Source: a virus (taxonomy: Duplodnaviria; Caudoviricetes). Taken from it: 64,000 bases of DNA. The stretch covers positions 1 through 64,000 of the IMG/VR virus record IMGVR_UViG_3300030376_004742; one strand, 5' to 3'. Positions 58,546-64,000 of the stretch are shown piece after piece; the stretch's first letter is position 1, and every line of letters begins with the position of its first letter. The notes below the pieces were generated by a model. That model was given only the letters and a program-made list of their open reading frames with translations. It searched no databases and was not told the origin of the DNA. Position numbers and translations under genes: made by a program.

Positions 58546-59205
58546 ATGGCAAAACTAGAATTTTTAATCCTACACTGCACCGCAACTCGTGAAGGTCACG
58601 AAGTTACCAAAGAAGATATCCATAATTGGCATATTAAAAGAAGAGGTTGGAAACAGGTAGGTTATAGTGAAATGATCCATTTAGATGGAACAATTGAAGA
58701 ATTAGTACCGTACAATGATGATGATGTTGTAGATAGATGGGAAGTTACAAATGGTGCCCGTGGCATGAACTTTAAATCTAGACACATTACTTACGTTGGA
58801 GGAGTAGAAGCAAGAAGAAGAAATGGGAAATATCAAGCTAAAGATACAAGAACAGAAGCTCAATTAAAAGCTATGGAAATGTATGTAAAAGCTCACACTA
58901 CCTTACATCCCAATTGGAAAATTGCTGGACACTACCATTTTGCAGCCAAAGCCTGTCCAAGCTTTGATGTACCTGAATGGTTAGAAAGTATAGGGATCCA
59001 GGAGAAAAACATTTATAGAAAAGAACCTAGATCACCTTTTAGTAACAAATTTGAAGGAGACGCTTTTAGATTATGGGTTAATGCCTATTATCCAGAATAT
59101 GCTAAATCTATTAATTTAGATAAGTCAGGCTCCTACAAAAATTCTTTTATCCTAAAAGCATATGCTAAACTAGGAGAAAAGTATGAAATTACAGGAAAAT
59201 CATGA
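58546..59205 (+). CDS. N-acetylmuramoyl-L-alanine amidase endolysin (Amidase_2, T7-type)
   Basis: LILHCTAT, HIKRRGWKQVGY, GH...KACPSFDV; C-terminal extension. Confidence 0.9.
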   Translation: MAKLEFLILHCTATREGHEVTKEDIHNWHIKRRGWKQVGYSEMIHLDGTIEELVPYNDDDVVDRWEVTNGARGMNFKSRHITYVGGVEARRRNGKYQAKDTRTEAQLKAMEMYVKAHTTLHPNWKIAGHYHFAAKACPSFDVPEWLESIGIQEKNIYRKEPRSPFSNKFEGDAFRLWVNAYYPEYAKSINLDKSGSYKNSFILKAYAKLGEKYEITGKS

Positions 59206-59945
59206 ACAAAACGTTAGCAATTATTGACGGAGATTCTTTATGCTTTTTAGGCTCTAAAGATACTATACAAGAAAGTATTGATAGAGTTGACACTGTAATA
59301 AGTGGTATTTTTGAAGCAACAGGTAGTACTAGTTACTACTTGTTGTTATCAAAAGGGCCTTATTTCAGACATAGCGTAAATGAAGAGTACAAGGGCAAAA
59401 GAACTAAGAGTCCTTTAAAATATCTTAGTACATTAAAACAATATCTACGTGAACAATATTTAGCAGAGTATTGGAAAGGAGTTGAAGCTGATGACGCTGT
59501 TGCATACATACAGCAATTATTTTTAGACGGCAAATTACCAGAATTTACAAACACTTTTGTTTGTTCTCTAGATAAAGATGTAAAAAAACAAGTTGAAGGT
59601 AACATGTATGATTACCGTAAAAACGAGTTTTCTGTTACAACTGCCGAAGAAGCACAAAAGTTTCTTCATATCCAATCTATTATGGGAGATAGTACGGATA
59701 ATATTAAAGGTATCCCAGGTCATGGTCCAGCTAAAGCAACTAAGTTAATAGAAGCAGCAAAGGCGGAATTACATCCACTTGTAGCTTATAAAGCTTATTT
59801 AGAACACTATGGCGAACCAGGTTATGCCCTTTATGAATATCAGAAGAATTATAGACAAGTTTATATGTTAAGAACAGATTCTGATTTTCAAAATGAAGTA
59901 GGTTATGTACCTGAATTAAATGACCCAATTAATATAATTAAATAA
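59202..59945 (+). CDS. 5'-3' exonuclease / flap endonuclease (PolA 5'-3' exo-like)
   Basis: IIDGDS, EYKGKR, VEADDAV, SLDKD, MGDSTDNIKGIPGHGP. Confidence 0.9.
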   Translation: MNKTLAIIDGDSLCFLGSKDTIQESIDRVDTVISGIFEATGSTSYYLLLSKGPYFRHSVNEEYKGKRTKSPLKYLSTLKQYLREQYLAEYWKGVEADDAVAYIQQLFLDGKLPEFTNTFVCSLDKDVKKQVEGNMYDYRKNEFSVTTAEEAQKFLHIQSIMGDSTDNIKGIPGHGPAKATKLIEAAKAELHPLVAYKAYLEHYGEPGYALYEYQKNYRQVYMLRTDSDFQNEVGYVPELNDPINIIK

Positions 59946-59946
59946 T

Positions 59947-60759
59947 ATGAGAAAATTATCATCTTTTACGCTAAACTCCGGTTTAGATATACGTATGGAA
60001 GCACTAAGTACTAGATTAATTTCTATGTACCCTGTAGCAACAAAGTATGAAGTCTTAGATGAAAGAGGTAAGCTCGTAGGTCTTGATTATGATGGGGAAT
60101 ACTCAGTAAGCGAAGGCACAGTCCTAACAGTAGGCAAGCAGAAATATAAAATAAGCGAAGTAAAAAAGAGCAGTAGATCCACAACAGGATATGAGCTATA
60201 CACTTTTCGTAAGATTACAACTACAGGCACTTTTATCTTACCTTTTCTAGGTAAAGATAGAAGTTTTTGGCGGTGGTCATTAGAGTTTGTTAACGCCTTT
60301 ATAGGTGATGAAACTCAAAGTGATGGTTCTGAGATTCATATATTATATAGATTCTCAGGAAATAAATCTTTTGCAGATTTTGAGTTTGCATTAATAGATT
60401 TACCAGGCTACATTGAGTCTGTAGATACTGATAAATATCACACTTTATACAAATTTAAATTACCAGAAGCGTATAAAGATGATATTCAGTTAATCATGCA
60501 AGGTAACTATTCTAAAATTTCAAATACTGGTAAAAACAGAATTATGGAGTTTCATAATAGTAACCGAACAAAAGCTATAGGACAGATTCTCTACAAAAGT
60601 AGAGAGAGGAGAGAAAAAATTGAGAGAGATATTAACAGTAAATTACCTGCTGATGCAGAGTTATTAGATATGTTTGATGTTTCTCAAGAGATTTTTAAAA
60701 ATAAATTTAAAATTGTAGAACACAATGACGGAGAAAAGAGAAATAGTGACTTTGAGTAA
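59947..60759 (+). CDS. Hypothetical protein
   Basis: 270 aa ORF in operon. Confidence 0.7.
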   Translation: MRKLSSFTLNSGLDIRMEALSTRLISMYPVATKYEVLDERGKLVGLDYDGEYSVSEGTVLTVGKQKYKISEVKKSSRSTTGYELYTFRKITTTGTFILPFLGKDRSFWRWSLEFVNAFIGDETQSDGSEIHILYRFSGNKSFADFEFALIDLPGYIESVDTDKYHTLYKFKLPEAYKDDIQLIMQGNYSKISNTGKNRIMEFHNSNRTKAIGQILYKSRERREKIERDINSKLPADAELLDMFDVSQEIFKNKFKIVEHNDGEKRNSDFE

Positions 60760-60973
60760 CGGTAGTAAGTTATATAACGGAGAACCAGTAATTAAAGTAA
60801 CAAAAATGTGTGCTGGTTATTATCAGTGGGCAACAAAAATTCATGGAAGATGGGATCATACTCTACTAAGTTATGTAGAAGACTTTATGAAAAGATATGG
60901 ATATGAATTTAAAATCGTAGAACAAAAAGAAGAGGACGTAGAAGATGACTTTTATGTTCCATTTTACGGCTAA
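60725..60973 (+). CDS. Hypothetical protein
   Basis: 82 aa overlapping the upstream gene. Confidence 0.55.
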   Translation: MTEKREIVTLSNGSKLYNGEPVIKVTKMCAGYYQWATKIHGRWDHTLLSYVEDFMKRYGYEFKIVEQKEEDVEDDFYVPFYG

Positions 60974-61011
60974 ATAGGGAAATAACTAATCTTAAAACCA
61001 TAATAGAACTT

Positions 61012-62916
61012 ATGAAAGAAATCAAAACTCCATGGGGAGAGGTAGGTTATTTAACTTACAAACGTACTTACGCACGTAGACTTAATGAAAAAGACGTAAA
61101 TTCACCAACAGAAGAATTTGTTGATACTGTAAACAGAGTAGTAACAGCATCTAATGAGCAATTAGGCTGTAACTTTTCTCCAAGTCAACAAAAAGAGTTA
61201 ACTGATATATTATTAAATCTGAAAGGATCAGTAGCAGGTAGATTTTGGTGGCAATTAGGCACAAAAACAGTAGATAACTTAGGTTTATTAAGTTTACAAA
61301 ATTGTGCTTTTACTAATGTTAATGAACCAGTTAGACCATTTACGTGGGCTATGGATGCATTAATGTTAGGTTCAGGTGTTGGATACAATATTCAAAAGAA
61401 AAATGTATATCAACTACCTAAACTAAAAGATAAATTAACTATAACTAGACAAGATACTGCAGATGCAGATTTTATTTTGTCTGATACTAGAGAAGGATGG
61501 GTAAAGTTACTAGGTAAAATTCTTAAAGCACACTTTTATAGTGGAGAAGGATTTTCTTATAGTACTATGCTTATCCGTGGTAAAGGCGCACCAATTAAAG
61601 GATTTGGTGGTACAGCAAGTGGACCGGAAGTTTTATGTGATGGATTAAATAAAATTCATGAGATATTAAACAACCGTGCTAATGATAAATTAGAACCAAT
61701 TGATTGTTTAGATATTATGAACATTATCGGGCAAATAGTTGTTGCAGGTAACGTAAGACGTTCTGCACAAATTGCTTTAGGTGATTGTGATGATGAAGTA
61801 TATTTAAAAGCTAAGCGTTGGGATTTGGGTTCAATTCCTAATTGGAGAGCAATGTCTAATAATTCAGTTGTATGTGATGATTCTACAAAACTTCCACAAT
61901 TATTTTGGGATACATATGAGCAAGGTGAACCTTATGGTTTAATTAACTTAGATTTATCTAGAAAAATAGGACGTATTGGAGAAACGGAATATCCAGATCC
62001 ATCTGTGGAAGGATATAATCCATGTGCAGAACAATCATTAGCAGATAAAGAAACTTGTTGTTTAGCAGAAGTATTCTTACCAAACATTGAGACTGAAGAA
62101 GAATTCCGTAAAGTAATAACATATCTTTATAGAATTAATAAACATTCTTTAGCATTACCATGTCACCTTAAGGAAACTGAGGAAATAGTACATGCTAATA
62201 TGAGAATGGGTATTGGTGTTACTGGTGTATATCAAGCTACAGAAGAACAACGTAGTTGGTTATCTGATGCATATACATACTTAAGAACATATGATGATGA
62301 ATATTCTAAGATTCACGGTTTTCCACCAAGTATTAAACTTACTACGGTAAAACCAAGTGGAACATTAAGTTTATTAGCAGGTGTAACTCCAGGAGGACAT
62401 CCGTCACCAGCAGGTCCATATTATATACGTAGAATACGTATTTCATCGGACTCACCTTTGGTAGATGTATGTAAATCTCATGGGTATGTAGTAGAGCCTC
62501 AGCAATTATTTGATGGTTCTAAGGATAAAACTACTATGGTAGCGGAATTTCCATGTAGTGTACCTGAAACTACTCCAATTGGAGGAGATATCAGTGCAGT
62601 AGATCAACTAGAATTAGTTAAATGGTTACAGGCTAATTGGTCTGATAATTCTGTTTCTGTAACAGTTTATTATAAGAAAGAAGAATTAGATGACATTAAA
62701 CAATGGTTAGCCGATAACTATATAGATAATGTAAAAACAGTATCATTTTTATTATACACAGGTCATGGATTTGTTCAAGCTCCATATGAGACTATTTCTA
62801 AAGAGGAATATGATCGTAGAAAAGAAGGAACAACACCAATAGATTCTGTTAACATAGATATAGATGGTATGGATGAAGCACAAGGCTGTGAAGGCGGTGC
62901 TTGTCCTGTAAAATAA
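61012..62916 (+). CDS. nrdJ: Class II (B12-dependent) ribonucleotide reductase
   Basis: YKRTYAR, LQNC, GSGVG, GNVRRSA, NPCAEQ.L...ETCCL, TTVKPSGT, C-terminal GCEGGACPVK. Confidence 0.93.
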   Translation: MKEIKTPWGEVGYLTYKRTYARRLNEKDVNSPTEEFVDTVNRVVTASNEQLGCNFSPSQQKELTDILLNLKGSVAGRFWWQLGTKTVDNLGLLSLQNCAFTNVNEPVRPFTWAMDALMLGSGVGYNIQKKNVYQLPKLKDKLTITRQDTADADFILSDTREGWVKLLGKILKAHFYSGEGFSYSTMLIRGKGAPIKGFGGTASGPEVLCDGLNKIHEILNNRANDKLEPIDCLDIMNIIGQIVVAGNVRRSAQIALGDCDDEVYLKAKRWDLGSIPNWRAMSNNSVVCDDSTKLPQLFWDTYEQGEPYGLINLDLSRKIGRIGETEYPDPSVEGYNPCAEQSLADKETCCLAEVFLPNIETEEEFRKVITYLYRINKHSLALPCHLKETEEIVHANMRMGIGVTGVYQATEEQRSWLSDAYTYLRTYDDEYSKIHGFPPSIKLTTVKPSGTLSLLAGVTPGGHPSPAGPYYIRRIRISSDSPLVDVCKSHGYVVEPQQLFDGSKDKTTMVAEFPCSVPETTPIGGDISAVDQLELVKWLQANWSDNSVSVTVYYKKEELDDIKQWLADNYIDNVKTVSFLLYTGHGFVQAPYETISKEEYDRRKEGTTPIDSVNIDIDGMDEAQGCEGGACPVK

Positions 62917-62921
62917 TAATT

Positions 62922-62950
62922 AAAGGGAGGTAGAGATATCTCCCTTTTTT
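62922..62950 (+). terminator. Intrinsic terminator after nrdJ
   Basis: AAAGGGAG-loop-CUCCCUUUUUU. Confidence 0.8.
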
Positions 62951-62962
62951 AATATCTACATA

Positions 62963-63154
62963 ATGAGAAACAAACTATTTAGAAATAAAAAACAAGGATA
63001 TTTTGGCGGAGTTTGTGCTGGTTTAGAAAATTATACTAGTATTCCTGCTTTGGTATTTAGAATTTTATTTGTATTTTTGCATGGGGGACTTCTTGCGTAT
63101 ATCGCATTTTGTCTGTTTACAGATGATGTCTCTGATGGAACAAAAACACTTTAA
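62963..63154 (+). CDS. PspC-domain membrane protein
   Basis: KLFR...FGGVCAGLENY...VFRILFV...GLLAYI; PspC signature. Confidence 0.85.
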   Translation: MRNKLFRNKKQGYFGGVCAGLENYTSIPALVFRILFVFLHGGLLAYIAFCLFTDDVSDGTKTL

Positions 63155-63155
63155 C

Positions 63156-63413
63156 ATGAAAGTAAAAATAAAAACACGTCAAGTATATCATAAAATGTTA
63201 GAAGTAACAGTTGATGTACCAAGCACGTTAAAACCTAATGAAATAAGAGATTATTTAATTGGGAAGGAAGAAGATTGGATAGACAATGTAGATGAGTTAA
63301 TATATGAATCAGATTTTATACCTGGATTAGGTTTAGATGAGGAATTTGTATTAAGAGACCAAGCTACAGAGTGGGTCTATGAATTAAATCAAACACACAA
63401 AGGACATTTATAA
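63156..63413 (+). CDS. Hypothetical protein
   Basis: Likely start MKVKIK at 63156, 1 nt after the PspC stop. Confidence 0.6.
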   Translation: MKVKIKTRQVYHKMLEVTVDVPSTLKPNEIRDYLIGKEEDWIDNVDELIYESDFIPGLGLDEEFVLRDQATEWVYELNQTHKGHL

Positions 63414-63832
63414 TGGACGATAGTAGTAATTTTTTGTATGTAAATACAGATGATGAAGCTACAGTTGGTAATACTTATGTATACAAGGTTAATAAAAATC
63501 AAGAAGTAGTAACAGAACCTGAAAGTATTGAACCAATCACAGATAAAGCACAGGAAAGAAAAGGTATTCCTTTATATATGGGAGTCATGAGATACTTTCC
63601 TAATGCTTTACGTGAAGTAGCAAAAACATCTAAACAGGGTAATGATCAACATCACCCAGACAAACCTTTACATTGGGATATGTCTAAAAGTAAAGATGAA
63701 TATGATGCTCTATTAAGACATTTATTAGATCATGATATAAATCCAGTAGATGATGATGGAGTATTACATCTTGCAAAGGTAGCGTGGAGAGCGTTAGCTG
63801 GATTAGAACGGTATTTAACAAATAAACATTAA
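63413..63832 (+). CDS. dATP/dGTP diphosphohydrolase (DUF5664-type)
   Basis: YFPNALREVAK.S..GN..H...W...DALLRHL...D.D.GVLHLAKVAWRAL. Confidence 0.75.
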   Translation: MDDSSNFLYVNTDDEATVGNTYVYKVNKNQEVVTEPESIEPITDKAQERKGIPLYMGVMRYFPNALREVAKTSKQGNDQHHPDKPLHWDMSKSKDEYDALLRHLLDHDINPVDDDGVLHLAKVAWRALAGLERYLTNKH

Positions 63833-63836
63833 ACAA

Positions 63837-63974
63837 ATGGCACGAAAAGTAGTTGTTAGTGGTAAAATGGAAACTGCTAAAATAAAACGTAAAGGAATAC
63901 ATAGTAAAAATAATTCAAGTAAATTGAAATCATCCAAAAACTATAAAAAGTCTTATAAAGGACAAGGTAGATAA
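63837..63974 (+). CDS. 45-aa very basic peptide ending YKGQGR
   Basis: Hand-translated; TAATG overlap with the next, truncated gene. Confidence 0.55.
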   Translation: MARKVVVSGKMETAKIKRKGIHSKNNSSKLKSSKNYKKSYKGQGR

Positions 63975-64000
63975 TGGAACAAAATAACAATATGACAATT

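Noticed and set aside
28371-62916. Introns or inteins in terL, polA or nrdJ
   Set aside because: ORFs are continuous, of normal length, and lack intein C-terminal HN-C/S/T splice motifs or homing endonuclease inserts
35939-63902. Minus-strand ORFs within the early/middle arm (35939, 36203, 37905, 38098, 40020, 49029, 52013, 53368, 59360, 59740, 61185, 63684)
   Set aside because: Antisense shadows of plus-strand genes
1-64000. Stop-codon reassignment (TAG/TGA), known in some crAss-like phages
   Set aside because: TerL, portal, MCP, muzzle, PolA and NrdJ are all full-length under the standard code, and no suppressor tRNA is seen
1-64000. tRNA, rRNA or CRISPR arrays
   Set aside because: No T-loop (GTTCRA) cloverleaf, rRNA-like segment or regularly spaced repeat-spacer array was found by eye

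Overview
The window is about 64 kb of an AT-rich, crAss-like (Crassvirales-type) tailed phage genome, most likely infecting Bacteroidota/Flavobacteriia, read in the standard genetic code. It has two divergent arms that meet in a mostly non-coding, hairpin-rich region at about 34.1-35.9 kb. The minus-strand arm (1-35.1 kb) is the late/virion module: GroES/GroEL, terminase, portal, scaffold, major capsid protein, ring/hub/fibre proteins, muzzle and cargo proteins. At least ten copies of the Bacteroidota housekeeping promoter -7 box TAnnTTTG lie just upstream of genes in this arm. The plus-strand arm (35.9-64 kb) begins with small early genes, many of them membrane peptides plus a lipoprotein. 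It continues through a spore-photoproduct-lyase-like radical SAM gene, a replication block (PolA, SF2 helicase, DnaB-like helicase, AAA ATPase, SSB-like protein, primase, RusA), two endolysins, a 5'-3' exonuclease, class II RNR, PspC and a dATP/dGTP diphosphohydrolase. The most striking feature is an apparently complete phage-encoded ubiquitin-like conjugation cassette at 53.5-58.5 kb: beta-grasp Ubl, E2-like protein (HPH...CLG), JAB/MPN+ isopeptidase, E1/ThiF and an orphan gene. Several candidate structured RNAs are also present. All family calls come from motif recognition by eye; no database searches were run.
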